A stretch of 64,000 nucleotides of DNA from Lama glama. Taxonomy: Eukaryota. Positions 42,196 through 57,379 of the stretch are shown piece after piece. The notes under the pieces are model-generated. The model made no database searches, was not told the DNA's origin, and saw nothing but the letters and a program-made list of their open reading frames with translations. Each line of letters starts with the position of its first letter. The stretch's first letter is position 1. The stretch is taken from positions 78,308,001-78,372,000 of the forward strand of contig CM052817.1 of NCBI GenBank assembly GCA_028534125.1, written 5' to 3'. The translations under genes and the position numbers were made by a program.

Positions 42196-42962
42196 AAACA
42201 ATCTGACAAAACCACCATTTGAAAACTGAAAAAAAAGTAGTTTCATGGCACATACAGAAGAAATTTAAAAAACACTAACCAGTTCAATGTCACATGTTAA
42301 AAATGAGAGAACACAGGCACAGTGTTACATGGAGGGCTAGTGACAGAAGATGACACCCACTGGGCTCACCCTGTCCAGTGCTTGTTCCATTATGTCTCCC
42401 TAAGGACCAAAAGCACTCAACATGTAGGCTATAACCTCAGACATCTTAGCAATTTAACTACCTTATATGTCATAGGCTATTTCCAAAGCACATGGCTGGG
42501 GCTACTGCATTGAATATCATATGAATTTTGAGGTCTGTCAAGTTATTTTGGAATATATCTACATACAAATAAAGAGATAAAATTCTATTTACAAACCACA
42601 CCCAAGGTAAAATTTTACTTTCACTAGTACTGTCTCCTCTCATTTTGGGTATTAAATGACTAAAAGAAAATGTATGCTTCTAGATATTCCAAAAAAGCAG
42701 CATATAAAATTAGGAAATAATCATTTATATCTTTGTTTTAATAATATAATATAATATGATATAAATTGTTTGGACTCTGACAGGATATGAACAAAAATCT
42801 AAATTCTATTTTAATTCCGTTCTACTGTAAACTCTATTAACTAGTGCTAATGTTGTCAGGGTTAATGACTCATTTATTTTTCACGTTAACATTCACATTA
42901 AAGTAGTAGTTTAGTAAGTTTTATGCTTATTAAAAATGTATTAAATTTATTTTCTCCTAATA

Positions 42963-43192
42963 TAATTGGCCCTTGAATAATGCGGGGATTCAGGGGTTGG
43001 ACCCACCCCTTCCCCAACTCCTACCCTCCCATCTCCTGCAGTCGAAAAACCATATAACTTTACAGAGGACCCTCCACATCTGTGCCTTCAACCAAGCCCT
43101 GATCATGCAGTACTGCACTATATATTCACTGACAAAAATCTGCTACCAGTGGACCTGAACCATCCAAACCTGTGCTGTTCAAGGATCAACTG
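42963..43192. mobile_element. TcMar-Tigger MITE (MER8/Tigger2a-like)
   Basis: Terminal inverted repeats taattggcccttgaataa / ctgttcaaggatcaactg, with TA on both sides. Confidence 0.8.
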
Positions 43193-43642
43193 TATCATCA
43201 TTTGTTTCTGCTAGTAAAACTTCGACATACTTGTACATTATTTTTAGCTCTTTAAAATAATGGAGCTCTTGTCTTTGCTTTGCCAAACTTAACTCTAATA
43301 TGCATCCATTTTAATAGCTAAATGTCAAAGCAGAACACACTATAAATACACAAAAATATACAGTTTCCTCAAATATATAGTATTTCCTGAGCAAAGAGCA
43401 ACTGACAAAGCTTGAAACCAGTATGAGGTGTTGTAAGGAAGGACTCAGCGAGACTCGATACTGCATTGGAGAAATATTTCTCTAATTCTAAACAACAATT
43501 AACAATTCAAAATATTCTTTTGCAAGAGTCTACTTTTCTGCATATCAATCTTACATTTTAGTGTATGTTAGTAGTTAATGTAATGACAAAGCCCTGTCAT
43601 TACAATATAAAAAGCCACTGAAAATTTTCATAGCAGACACTA

Positions 43643-43798
<156 letters not shown>

Positions 43799-46700
43799 TT
43801 ACCATCATGATTTATATGAGCATATTAAGAAGAGCATCAGAGACAGTGTTTCTAGGTGATATATAATTTCCAAACAGGTATTTCTTCTTTTTAATTTATA
43901 ACTCCAAGAGTTTCAGTGTTGTAGATATATTCATTAAATTCAGATAAAGAAGAGGTTACATTTTAACATTTAAATACATTCATATTATTATACAAATCAA
44001 AATAAAGCCCAATTTTATCTTCTTCCATAGTGATTTTATATATATAGTATATCATTTCATATTTCAAACTTCACAGTGGTTATAGAAAAGACTCAATAAA
44101 ATTTTCAAAATGTGATGTAATAACAGTATCATGTATGATTACCATAAATAACCACAGAATGTTTTTTCAACTTTTGATTGATTTCAAATATTCAAAAAGT
44201 AAACAAATAATAGAATGAAACACCATGTACCCATTACCTGGCCCCAAAATGACTAATCCATGGCTTTCCTGCCACAACCTCAGCCCCATCCACATCCCCA
44301 CTTGTCTACTATCTGGGGAAAAAATCCAGAATTGGTAAAAAACGAAATTACAAAATAATTTTATCTTATTAAAAGAGACTGTTTATGAGAGAGAAACACT
44401 TTTAAAAAAAGGAAAATCCTAATTTTCGTCTTATTACTCAAGATACTTGTTTCATACAATGCACTATTTTTAGCATGCTAAATATTAACAGCCAAGAAAA
44501 ATCTTCTTGGTGGCTGACAAGTAATACGGCTATTAAAGGAGAAAAATTCTCCCAAGCAAAATGAGTATCTAACAGCATGTATTTGGTCATCAATTCTCTG
44601 TATATATTTATTATATACGCGGGGCCACTGAAGGATTATTTCCTCTTTTCCAGCTCACACTAGCTGGGATTTCCCTCCTTCAATCCATAATCCTTTACTG
44701 CCTTAGCTTATCCCTCTTATCAGCTGCTCTTTGAGACTAGACTTTATTCTTTCCCAGCAGGCAGGTCAGAGCTTGAGGGAGAGAAGAGCAAAGAAGTGAC
44801 TTCCACAACCACCCCTTCCACTGTATGCCAATGCTCCTGCCCCTGCTCCTCCAGCTGGAGTCACAGGCAACACACCAACCCCCCCATCTCTGCTCCGTAA
44901 GTCTTCTATCCTTCCTCCTAGAACTGGAATCCTAGCTCCTCTGAGCAGAAATAAGGGAAAAGTTTATGACTGTTTGCCAGAGAATGCAGATAAATGTCAT
45001 GTCCCATAAATACAAAACCTCTTGATCAGCATCTGCAGAATCTAATCAAAAGAGAAAGATGGGTAGGGTGGTAAGACGGTTAGGGTGGGGTAAGGAAGGC
45101 AGCCCCTTCACGGTTTCCTCTTGAGTGGCCATGAAGGTCACCTCCCTGTGAGCTTCCCTAGGCTCAAGGACAACAGCACCTGCAGAGCTGCAACTAGATT
45201 TCGTACCATTTTAGTTTTACTGTATTCAGATAAGTCTGATATTTGACTTTCAAATTCAGCTTTAAAAAACAGTAAGGAACACACTACTTAGAAAGGTAAG
45301 AGATGCATGAAAAATTAATACAACTGTACTGAATACATAGTCTTTGAAGCATTGTGAGTTTCAGCATAATGTGGGTTAAGTATGCTTCTGGGAGCTGGTC
45401 TGAGAACCTACCCACCATATGTTACAGTTTCTATGGAAAAATGTGATCCATATTTTGAAATTCAGCTTCTCTCTTTTCAGCATCTTCAATTCATATCACC
45501 TAACAGAGAACATTTGTGATCGTCAGTGGTAAAAGCTGCAAGATCTTCTCTTTCCTTGAATACCTTTGTCTCTCTACAGTAAAGGGTTCTACAACCATAT
45601 GTGTGAACATTGCTTTTTTTGTTATTCTGAATATGGAATATTCTTTCCCCAAATGCCTGCGGTGTTCACGGAGGAAAGAGAAGAAGCAAGAGAGAGGCTG
45701 TGAATGAGAGACACATTGTGTACCAATCCCAGCAAAAAAGCATGCATGGTGACCTTTGGCTGAAATATAGTATGTTTCACATTTTATATGATCTACAACA
45801 TAGAAAAATTAAAAAAAACTTCCTTTTATAAATTATTTTCTCCAAAATCACCATGAGTTTTCAGAATCAGTAATATTTTAATATCCATGACCAGTTACAA
45901 GAAGCCTCGAAGAAATTATGCTTATAGCACAGTCTGAGGACCACATGCCCAATAACAAGAATGCAAGTTTTCAGACTGTCAGTGTGCATCTGGTTTTTTA
46001 CTTAGTTCAGCAAAGTTAACTTTAAAAATGACATGAAAGATTTGTTATAATACATTGCAGGCAAAGATGGAGAAAATTAAGAACAGTGTTTTAAACATAA
46101 CAGCTTTTTAAAAACAAAAACTATGAAGAGACAAGTCTATTGAAAAGTTTTGCACGCATAGGAAGGGCCCAAGTATAAAGAATTCAAAAAAAAAATGCCA
46201 TCTTTGATAAATCAGCCATATATTCTTTGAAAAGAAAGAAAGAAATCAGAACACTGTAAAGCCTGAGTGACGGGCACCATTCTGAAGCTGTATTTCATAA
46301 GGCTGTATTGTCTGCCACCTTGAGATTTCAAGTACAGCTTGCAGCCCAAATCGATGTAAAGTTAGGGCCAGTGGTCATGCACACACTAGCTTCTATAACT
46401 AGCATTAAAGGAGACACTTTCTGGACAATGAGCAAATAAAAGAAACAGAACCTGACTACCAATGATCCTTTTCTCTTGAATGTGAGAATAAACAAATCAG
46501 GAGAAGAGAAATACACTTTCCTCATATCCAGAAAGACATTTCCACTCAGAAGCCAAGGACAAAAGTAAACTCATGAGAAAAACACAGGTACAGAAGGACA
46601 TGAGGAATGCCAGGAACCTCAGCCTCCTTTAAGGAAAAGATGGGGGAAGTAAAAAATTAACTCTGACAATACTCATCTGTTCATTTTAGTGCAATAGATT

Positions 46701-47272
46701 CAATCCCTAAACCAAATACATTTACCATGTGCTAAGCAGATGAAATCTAAGTGACAAATTTTCTATTTGTCTTATTGTTTAGCTAGCCATTAGAAGGAAT
46801 TCAAATAGTATCTCTTTTATAAATCCAAATATGTTCAATTCCCATGTCAAAATGTAGCCAGTCATTTTCTCCAATATAGGAGAAATATAAGGATCTTTTT
46901 AGTGGAATTTTATTGTAGAAATATTAAGGCAGAAGGGCATCACTTAATAGTTTTAAAATGTATCTAGTAAAACAGAAATTTCACATGCTAAAACACTGAA
47001 ATTATTATTTAAAACATTCATTCTTAATGTACCTGGCTACCAAGCACAACTAGACCTTAGCTGAAGTTTCCGGTTATGATTAATGCAGAGATAGGAAAAA
47101 TGACACATATTGCTGAAATCAACTTAAAAAGAAACAGCGTTCAGTGAAAGAAAAAAAGTTCCACTGCCAGAGCTCCACATCTGTGTGAAATACACTGAAA
47201 AGGCAAGCTCTCTCCTTGAGAGTGAGAATGAAAAACAGATCTCTGCAGCCTGGGGAGAGGAAGCCCCCTTTA

Positions 47273-47772
<500 letters not shown>

Positions 47773-48883
47773 CTGAGGGGAGATAGAAAAAAAGAAAGAA
47801 AGAAAACTGGAAGTCTAAGACAAAATCTTACGAAAATATCTCTACTTGGAATGATCTGTCTTTTCATTCTGCCTTTTGCTCTTTAAAATTTTTAGTAGCA
47901 CCTAATTTAGCCATAAGACTCAGCCCAGTAAAAGTATCTTTGGTGTAGAATATATAATATTATATTCAATAAAAGCTGACCAGAATGCAGTTTTAGAATC
48001 TATTCATTAACAACTATATAGCTCGTGCTTTTTTTTTAAGAGTTTATAATAAAATTTCCAAATGTATCATCTTTTGCTGTTCTAAAAGTGTAAAATTTTA
48101 AAGTTTATTTTGAGCAGAAATTTCTCATCTCAAATTTTATAAGCAAAAGTGGATGCATATATGAAAACAGTCTTAATATGAAATACAGCATGGTTCAGAA
48201 TTTTAATGAATAAAAAAATGAAACATTATTATGTTAAAGATTTCTTGCTTATATGCAAGGTGACATTCTGTTAAAATAAAAGTTTATAAATAGACATATC
48301 TAGTTGCTCACTTTTAATTATTCATGATACTGAAAAATATTTAAGTAAAAGGATAACTTTAATGATGTTAATATAAATAGTTAACATAATAAATGGTGCA
48401 GAGCAATGCGTGGGATTCTTTAATTCGTTTAATAGCCTGCACCTAGTCGTGTTTAAATTAGTTCTCCAACGTTGCTATGAAATACACAGTGCTTCACAAA
48501 ATGTCTTTGCGTCCTTTATGCTCTGAACTCTCTCCATTCCTTAAACTTTTTTTTTTTTTTTTACTGATTGCAGAGGGAATATCAAGTACAGACCACTGAA
48601 ACTCGATCTGCGACCTCAAAGCACCAGCTAAATTGTGAATGTCGGATTTCAGATTAGTAAACCAACGAGCTTAATATTTAATGGCAAGTTATTAAATGGA
48701 CAAAGGCTGATTAGCATAAATAATTTTACTTGTTAAACTTCATAATCAGAATATTTCAAAAATCAACAACCTATACTCAGAAAAGGTAAGTTGATGACAA
48801 TACAGAATGCTTAATTGTTCTACACACACCATCACACATACAGGTTAGAAACTATCAGACAAACCAAGTGGAATAAAGTGTTA

Positions 48884-49213
<330 letters not shown>

Positions 49214-50974
49214 TTATTATCTTTATGAGTATAAATAGGCTGTCCATGAAAAATAATAGGAAGTGTTGCTAGAGAATAATACATTATTTCAAAAATCATT
49301 TAACCTGCATTTCATCAAATTAACACAAAATCAAAATCAATTTTTAATTTACCCTGTAATGTTAACTTTTCACATCAAAGAGCTATTACAAATGTCGAAT
49401 TGGAAAGCCAAAGTCTTCCCTGAAACAGGTCATGTTGAGTTCACTTTTAGCTGCAAGAGAAGAGAAAAATCCAACCAAGGGGAACTACACTGAGTTACCA
49501 AAGGGAATCTCACATATATGTGAAAAAAGACCAAGGTCATAAAAACAGCACTCATTATAGCAGGTAGACTGAGGCTCCACTGTCTCTCTGGCTCGTCCCA
49601 TGTGGACTGTCACAGCTCTACCCAAATTTTTCAAAGCATGCTATTTAAATTATATGTATTTGTTTCTGCTTATCAAATAAGATTAGATTTAAGGAAAATG
49701 CAGAAAATATGAAGAGAATAAAAGCCACCCGTGGTCCCATAAGCAAGAGAACTAGCATCTATCTCCATGCCTGACTCTGGCACATTCAAATTTTCAGCAC
49801 AGTCTAAGAACAGCTACCTTTTATGATCATACTTTTCATGCCATTTCATATATTGCTATTTTTTCCATTTAACATTTTTCTCAAGTCAAAAAGTTTCTTT
49901 TTAAACTCAAGGTACCATAACTTACTTATTTAACCAAACTCTCCATTGTTTGATATTTGAGTGAATTTTTTATTTCTTTTGCTGGTTGTTTGGTTGTTTT
50001 TGCTTTAGTTTTGGATTTTTAGTTTGGTTTTGTGGGGGGGTGTTTTGCTTTTATAAACAAAATTGAACTCTAAAATAAAAATATCAACCATGTAAGTACC
50101 TGATTCATATGATCTAAAAATCTATTTAAGTTTGTTTATTCTTTTTACAAAAGTAATGGAAATTGACATTTTGTAAAGAAAAACTGGATGAAATAGATAA
50201 GTAGGAGACTTAGTTTTAAGGGAAAATAGTGGACACTAATACCATAACTTAATATTGGTTGGAGTATTATTTTCAATGTTTGGGGCAATGTTGAAAATAA
50301 ATACATTGAAAATAAATAAAGAAGAGAAAAGAAAGAAAACAGAATAATACAGAATTAATTCCCATCACCCCAGATCTGACATTCTAAACAGCATAATGCA
50401 TATTTGAAAGATGGACAGACTGTCCTCATCTTCCTAAATAATCCAACTATAAAGATAAAGAAATAGAAACATAATCTGGCAATACTGGGACTACTCATAC
50501 TTTCTCAGTCAATGACACAGAGTTAGAATAGAAAATCCATTAAAAGACATTCCTACCACAGTGGCGAAAAACTTCTGAAGTGGCTTTGCTAAGTAAATGG
50601 GAAAAATACTCTGCAGTTTAAGTATCAGCCTATTACAAAATGTGAACACCTATAACATTATTTACATTTCCCTCAACCTCCATCAGGAGCACCACACATA
50701 ACAGAAACAAGCCCTAATAACACCAGATTATTCCCCGGGGATGACACACAAGCACCATCTACCTCCTGGACTGTAGGGCAGATTTGGGCAGGTCCACCCA
50801 GGGTCATCACGCATTTTTGGTGACCCAACTGGAACAGCCTAGCAGTGCTGTACGGCTCTACGACTGGAGCAGAGAAAGACTTTCAGAAGCTCCAGATTCT
50901 CAAAGGATCTCAAACAGGAGTGAGGTCCAGGAATAATCCCACAGGGCCCAGCAGGACCGCTGCACACCTCTGAA

Positions 50975-51090
50975 CTCACCTTTCCCCATGTGCAGATGAG
51001 GAAGTAAAGTCTCAGAGTTAGTGACCTGCCCAGTTACAACACTGATTAATGGCAGGTTCAGGGCCAGAATACAAAAATCCTGATTACCAC
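50975..51090 (-). mobile_element. MIR fragment
   Basis: ccccatgtgcagatgaggaagtaaagtctcagagttagtgacctgccca is a reverse-strand MIR core. Confidence 0.65.
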
Positions 51091-51351
51091 CACCCACCAG
51101 TGAGAGCAGTGGGAGCCGGGAGCTGACGCTGACTTTGGCAGTGCTACGGGGCACATCCATTACCCCTCACCTGGCATTCTCTTCCTGCTGAAAGACAAGC
51201 ACGCAACAGGACACCCTCTGAGAGCAATCCTGACAAAAACTAACTTTATTTTGAGATCACCCCATTATAATGCAATTATAATTCAAGCACAGTTCAAACT
51301 ATATTTATCCTACAACTTTCAATATCTCAGACCGTCAATTACAGGTAATAC

Positions 51352-51526
51352 CTTTTCTGCCAGCTGTTGATTGTCCTTTAGAATTTTTGACTTCTCCTTC
51401 TTTGATCATTGTCATAATTTGCTGTTCTTCATCATCAGCCTCCATGTCACTGTCCAAGTAGCCAATCAGAAGCTCTGTATCTGTTTCTATATCTTCAATT
51501 GCCAAATAGAAAATATTTTCTCCTTC
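51352..51526 (-). CDS. PRDM5: PRDM5 coding exon 4 (175 nt): [58 protein letters not shown](D)
   Basis: Acceptor tctcag|GAAGGA and donor AAG|gtatta. IFY...DI...TELLIGY is the C-terminal PR/SET motif, followed by an acidic linker. Confidence 0.96.
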
Positions 51527-53210
51527 CTGAGACAAAATTTTAAAAATACACTGTTGAATGACCAATATATCTCAATAATAACAAAAAAAATGCTAAATCA
51601 TTCATTTGTTTCTGATAGTATTTAAGAAATCATTTTAAGATACATTCAGTACCATGTGCTTATGATAAGTTACCATTATTTTTTATATCTCCAATTGATC
51701 TGGATGCTGGCAAAGGAAACTGACAATATTTAGTCACCTAGCAAATAAAATACAAATATATATTAAAGATAGTGACATTTATATACATATATGTATATGT
51801 ATATATTAAATGAAATAAGGATAATTATTATTTAAATTTCTTAAAGTAAATTTAGAATCAGTAATTGGCTTTGTGCAGTAACACTTTGTGAAGGTCCATA
51901 AATTCAGTAGAATAGAAAACTCCTGAGCACTGGTGTCATTTCTGAAACCAAACAGAGAGCAATGAGATAGCAATGATTTAATTATGATTGGTACTAAACA
52001 GAATACTGAAAGGAAAAAGACCTTTCAATTTACAACACAAATCAAAGGAACTGAAAATGAACCCTGAAAGAATTTCCAAAAGCTAGACCTGAAATAGGAA
52101 AAAGACTAGGCACTTGGAAGGTTCAAAGCATTGAGTGGATCATCATGTGTACCTAAATCCCACTAAAATGACAGAAAAGAGAAGAAAACAAGTTCTACCA
52201 TCAACATCCCAACACTTTTTAGAAAATTCTAGAAGACAGAAATTAGACAGAGTTGAAATGACAATGCAGAAGAAATCTCAGTCCATAATAAACTGAGAAG
52301 AGGAATGCTGCAAAGAATAACCCAAGGAAACCCCAAAGCAACTCCACACTTGGAATCAACTGATACGAAAGCCCCTCTGGGCCTGGGGCCAATCACCAGG
52401 GAAGCCAGAACTGGGGCTGCTTAGCTGGCTGTCCCCAGGAGAAACACCCAGAACTGCTGTCTTTTACAGAGCTGAGAATTTGTTCCGGGAGGGCTGCTAG
52501 TTTTGGTGGCTGAGATAAAGAGAAGCAGAGCAAATTTACTGGACCTCTGTGGTGGGCAAGTGAGGGAAAGGACAAGGACTATAAGGTCCATCCAGGAGTG
52601 AAATCCAATAAAGCAAAGAACATAGAACAAAGCCTTCTCTCCATTGGCAGTGTCACAGCACTTACATTTGGGAGGAAGAGACAGAAGAAGAGGTGGGGTA
52701 GCAGGGAGGAAGAGGAATGTGTACTGAGTGTATATATGTATGTGTGTATTATGTGTGCACAAGCAGAACCTCATGAAAGATTGTAAAAGTGTGCATCAAA
52801 CCATTACAAAGCTATCATTCTGAAGCTGGGAGAAGGAGCAGTCTATATTGAATACTGTCTTAGTTTCTTTTTACAACAAAGATTACTTCGTAATTTTAAA
52901 AACAATAAATATTAGAAAATTCCATGGGAGAGACAGAAATGATGATCATATGCATCAAATACTGTGCAAGGGAGGTCTGACTCAAAAGTTCAAAGCACGG
53001 AAGCAAATCTAGCCATTAGCTGCAGTTAATTAAATGAAGTTACTGTAATATTTAGAGCATTGGAAGCTCATGAATTTCATTCCTCCAGAAACACAAAAAG
53101 TTATTTCTAATTAAGAACACAGTTAACTTCTATACAATTGTTAATCTTAGGGCAACAAAAACAAACAAAAAAACACAATGTGGACATTCAGCAAAAGAGA
53201 GATTTCTTTT

Positions 53211-53282
53211 TAAATTAATTCAGAAGTGATACTTCCCAGGGTTTGGTAAATTAATTCAGAAGCGATACTTTCCAGAGTTTGG
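53211..53282. repeat. Tandem duplication, 2 x 36 bp
   Basis: taaattaattcagaagtgatacttcccagggtttgg followed by a copy with 3 mismatches. Confidence 0.9.
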
Positions 53283-54644
53283 AAACTACTTGCTAAGAGA
53301 GTCATTCAAAGCAACAAAGGACTCATCTAATGAAGATTTCAGAAAATAATCATAAATCTTAGGGCTTATCTGATCAATATCCAAGAAAGTTAATTGAAAT
53401 GTCTTTCCAGCATACCAGTCATTAATTTTGTGATGACCTTCATAGCACGAAGAGAAGATAATAATTTTTAATTTTAAAACATGATAGCATTAACTTAATC
53501 TGCAATCCTGAGACATAGCATGCCTATTTAGGGGTTCTTTAATAAAAGAAAATTTTAATATGCCAATTAAAACTTTGATTTAATAAAACTAATGTCAGCA
53601 TTACAAGCTCCAAGGATCAACTAACTACATGATCTGTCTGCACACTAAACGTGTGATAAGAAGAGGAACGTCATGACAGTTATTACTCCCATCTATTTAT
53701 TTCACGGAGATACCTAGATATCTTTCTACGTGTAATTCCTACCACCGCCCAGACCAAAAGTCTCTTCCTTTTCATTTGCTACCACACTGGTTTTAAGACG
53801 TACCCTCTTAAATTGCTTCCTTGCCTATACTTAGCTGAGTTAACCACCCAACAGCTCTTCATTATCTTACTCTCCTGCCCGATTTCTAATCCCTGGAGCT
53901 CTTTTAAACTCTCTGGGGTGATTCTCCCCACCTGTAGGCTCATCCCAGGCCCAGTGTCCTGCCCTTTGGCAAAAAGGTTTTAAAGAGAGTTGACCCACCA
54001 CTCTGAGACCCAGCATCAACCCCCCAGTTGTCATGAGCCTGGCCACGACCTCCAGCTTTGATAACTGTTTTAATATTAGCTTGGAATTTACTTCTGTTTC
54101 TCACAGCTATGGTTTCAGGTCATTGGGTTTGTGGCGTATTTCCCTGAGCACAGTTCCTCCACAACAAAGTCATTTCTTGCATTTACATTTTAGGGATCAG
54201 CTGCCTTCCTGGGACTTTGCCTGGGGGTTGGGGTCCTGCTTATGGTTTCTGTCAGGGGCTCCTGGTGATTTTGCTGAAAACCCAACTTTAACTGCAAGAA
54301 AGCTATTCAATATCACAGTCTGTTCAAAAGCATATATTCCTCAGTCACTGGTTTTCACTGTATTAGTGATCTGGATACAACCCAGAGTGACTGATTTAAT
54401 AATTGTTATGCATCTCTTGAATTACTGTTCATCACTGTGAATTTTTTGGTTTTCGCTTTTCAGTCTTGCTGCATTTTGCTTTATTTTATTTGTATGTCAT
54501 CTTCAGTTAATTATGTCTACCATAAGCTGTTTGCAGTATCAAAAAATTGCAACAGTCTAAACATCTGACAAAGTAAGTTGGAAAAAATAAATGTCTAGCA
54601 ATTGGCTTTAAAAGATTCATCAAGAGTCATTTTTATGGAAAAAA

Positions 54645-54664
54645 GTGTGTGTGTGTGTGTGTGT
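54645..54664. repeat. (GT)10 microsatellite
   Basis: Read directly. Confidence 0.9.
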
Positions 54665-54865
54665 ACATCATGTGCCCTCGAAAAAAAAAAAACAAAGATA
54701 CCAGCAGAGGTATTAACAGACTTTGTTTCTAAGTAGAGGGAATTGTGCATATTTTGCATAGTCTTCTGCCACTCCTTATGTTACAATTTTTCTAGAGTTA
54801 ACAAGTGTTACTTTTGTAGTAAAGAAAAAATAAATAATAAACAAATCAGGTTCCTTGATACCAGG

Positions 54866-55110
54866 AGATGGTACTACATGGTGACTAAGAGCACGGGCTT
54901 TGGGCTGGCCAGGGTTCAAGTCCCCATCTTTGATTAATTAGCATTGTAACTGAGCAAACAGCTTAATCTCTCACACGACCAGTTTCTTTGTCTGTAAAAT
55001 GGAAAAAATAATGATGCCCATCTCATAGGCTGGTTGGGAAGACTGAAGGTGAGAATATTTGTAAAATCTAGCAAGGTGCTTGGTTCAAGGTAAGATTCAT
55101 TAAAGGTAGC
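54866..55110 (+). mobile_element. MIR SINE, near full length
   Basis: ggtgactaagagcacgggctttggg...cagggttcaagtccc...cagtttctttgtctgtaaaatgg...cattaaaggtagctg. Confidence 0.8.
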
Positions 55111-55143
55111 TGCTGCTGCTGCTATTGTTGTTGTTGTTATTGC

Positions 55144-55182
<39 letters not shown>
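55109..55182. repeat. Compound trinucleotide repeat (GCT)n(TTG)n(TTA)13 at the MIR tail
   Basis: Read directly. The perfect TTA run is at 55144-55182. Confidence 0.9.
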
Positions 55183-55184
<2 letters not shown>

Positions 55185-55469
55185 CAAAACTTGAAAGCCA
55201 GTGGGTAAAATGCTCTTTTTTTTTTTCAGAATTTGTTTCAACTAGACTGCCACACAGGCAAAGTTGCTTTGACAATGCTGCTTTTGAGTACATTTTATTT
55301 GGCTCAACTGCTCTCAGCCAAAATATAATTCAACTCCACTGCCTGCCTACCAGAGCTCTGAATGCCCTGGGCTTTTGGTTGTCATGCTCTGTTCCCTTGC
55401 TAACATGCTAATACATTACTCTGGTTTGGACCTCAGATAACAATCGCTTGTCTCAACTATACTAGACTG

Positions 55470-55575
55470 TAAGCGATAACCATCCACTTTGCCTGGGGGG
55501 TTTCAACCTGTGACATGGGGCTTTTAGTGCTGAAACTGAGAGAATCCTGGGAAAACAGGACAATTGGTCACACTT
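55470..55575. mobile_element. hAT-Blackjack MITE (MER81-like)
   Basis: tttgcctggg...gcttttagtgctgaaactgagagaatcctgggaaaacaggacaattggtcacact resembles the MER81 consensus as I recall it. Confidence 0.6.
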
Positions 55576-57379
55576 GCTACACCCAACATGCTCTCCAAAA
55601 CCACATACTAAACTCCCCTCAAGATTTCCTAATAATAATATTGGCTGGGTCCATCCCCCTCTCCCCCATCTCAGGATTCTAGCAACTGGATAGGAACCAG
55701 TCTTATGCCCAAATATGGCTCCAATGGCTTACCAAGTGGTAAGCCTGAACCCACTTCGTCCTCTCACTGGCAATTATCCTTCAAGTGAAGCTACCTCCTG
55801 TTCCTCAGCCAGCTGGTACATTCTTCTTAGAAAACTGAGCTCATTCTTACTCAGCACAACTGCAAAGACGCCATGTGGCCTCCTTGCTACAACTCCTCAG
55901 CATCATCTGTGACATAGCTCACCTCCATCCTCCATGAAACCTTTTCTAATCTACAAAATTCACATAGGTTCCTGGAGTTCCTTATATAAAATGCCTTACT
56001 TCAGTTGGGCACTTGTAATTTATTTCTGTGGTTATTGTCACTTAATTCATATGATCAGTGAAACTCTAATATGTGATCCTCGTCTCCCCAAAGATGATCT
56101 CCTCAAGGCAGTGGACAAGAACTGCCGTGTGTCCCCCACAGCATAAGATGTACGTGTAACAGTTTGCTCAGTATTTTACAAAGAATGCTTAGGAAAAGAG
56201 AATATTAATAGCCTGTGTTTACAGAAGACAGAACTTATTATTAAAATATTTACTAACATTTTCCTTTCTTTACTTTTGTAGGAGGCTGTTCCAGTGATCT
56301 AGGTCATAGAGAGTGGTGATATGGGAGGATTGTGGCAGGGAAATAGTGGAGATGGTGAGAAGTAACCAGATTCTGAGTACGATCTGAAGAGAAAGCTGAC
56401 ACCATCTCCTGACAGACTAGAAGGTGAGAGGAGGCGAAGGGTCAAGGAAGAGCACAAGCTGATGAGGTTTGCCCTCAAGCATTCACAGATGTTACTCTAT
56501 TTAAAAATAATAATTCTTAAAGATTCAAACTAAAACACCAAGTACAAATCTTTGCTTTGAATCCATAGCTTCTCCGTACATATAAATGTATTTTCATCTG
56601 GTCCTTCATTCAGAAGCTCCAGAACATCAGTCAATTCAGCCATGTTTTAAAGCTAATTACTATTCCTCAGCAAATCTGCAGAGTCTTCACAATCCCCAAA
56701 TGGAAAAAAAAATTATTTTAGATAATAAACTATTTGCAAAGCTCTTCCTTTAAACAGCCAATGCATTCTGATAAGAAAAGCTTAATAGAATTCTGATCTG
56801 TTTCTCTGAAGGATGCTGAAGAAAAGAGTGGTGGCTTGGATTTTATTATATTCATCACTTTGGTAACATCACATCTTATGGAATTCAGATTTACAGGCAA
56901 ATTCACACACGTAAAAACTTCTCTGAATATCCTGATTGTCAGGGTTTTCGAAACAAACTGAGATAACAAAGATAAACAAATTCAGAAAAAAGCAAAAATC
57001 TGGCTGAGATGATTCAGCAGGAAAGTGAGAAGTAGTGCCATGTGATATGGCCAACTATAGAGCATTGTCTCCAGGCAGGGGCTCCACCAAGATTCGTATG
57101 CATAGAATCATTTCTGAATTCAGAAAGTATAGATGGGTTGCCATATAAGCAGAGCTGTATCCAACTGTCATAAATTCTGAATGGGTTAACTTAGTGCAGA
57201 CGGTCTTAAAAATACCATCATCAGTATCAATATCTCAACACAGACTAGTAACCTATTCTTAGCTTACCAGGGTATCAGAGATCAATGGCTGGGAAGTTCC
57301 ATCACAGGAGCCAGTCCATGAGCAATGGAATCCCAGCCCCTACTCCAGAGCAAGAACCCAGGCTTAGAGAAGAACACAA

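Noticed and set aside
43579..43604. Perfect 10-bp inverted repeat near exon 8 (also a 9-bp stem at 15289-15316)
   Set aside because: About one such stem is expected by chance in 64 kb of AT-rich DNA, and both are too short for a pre-miRNA.
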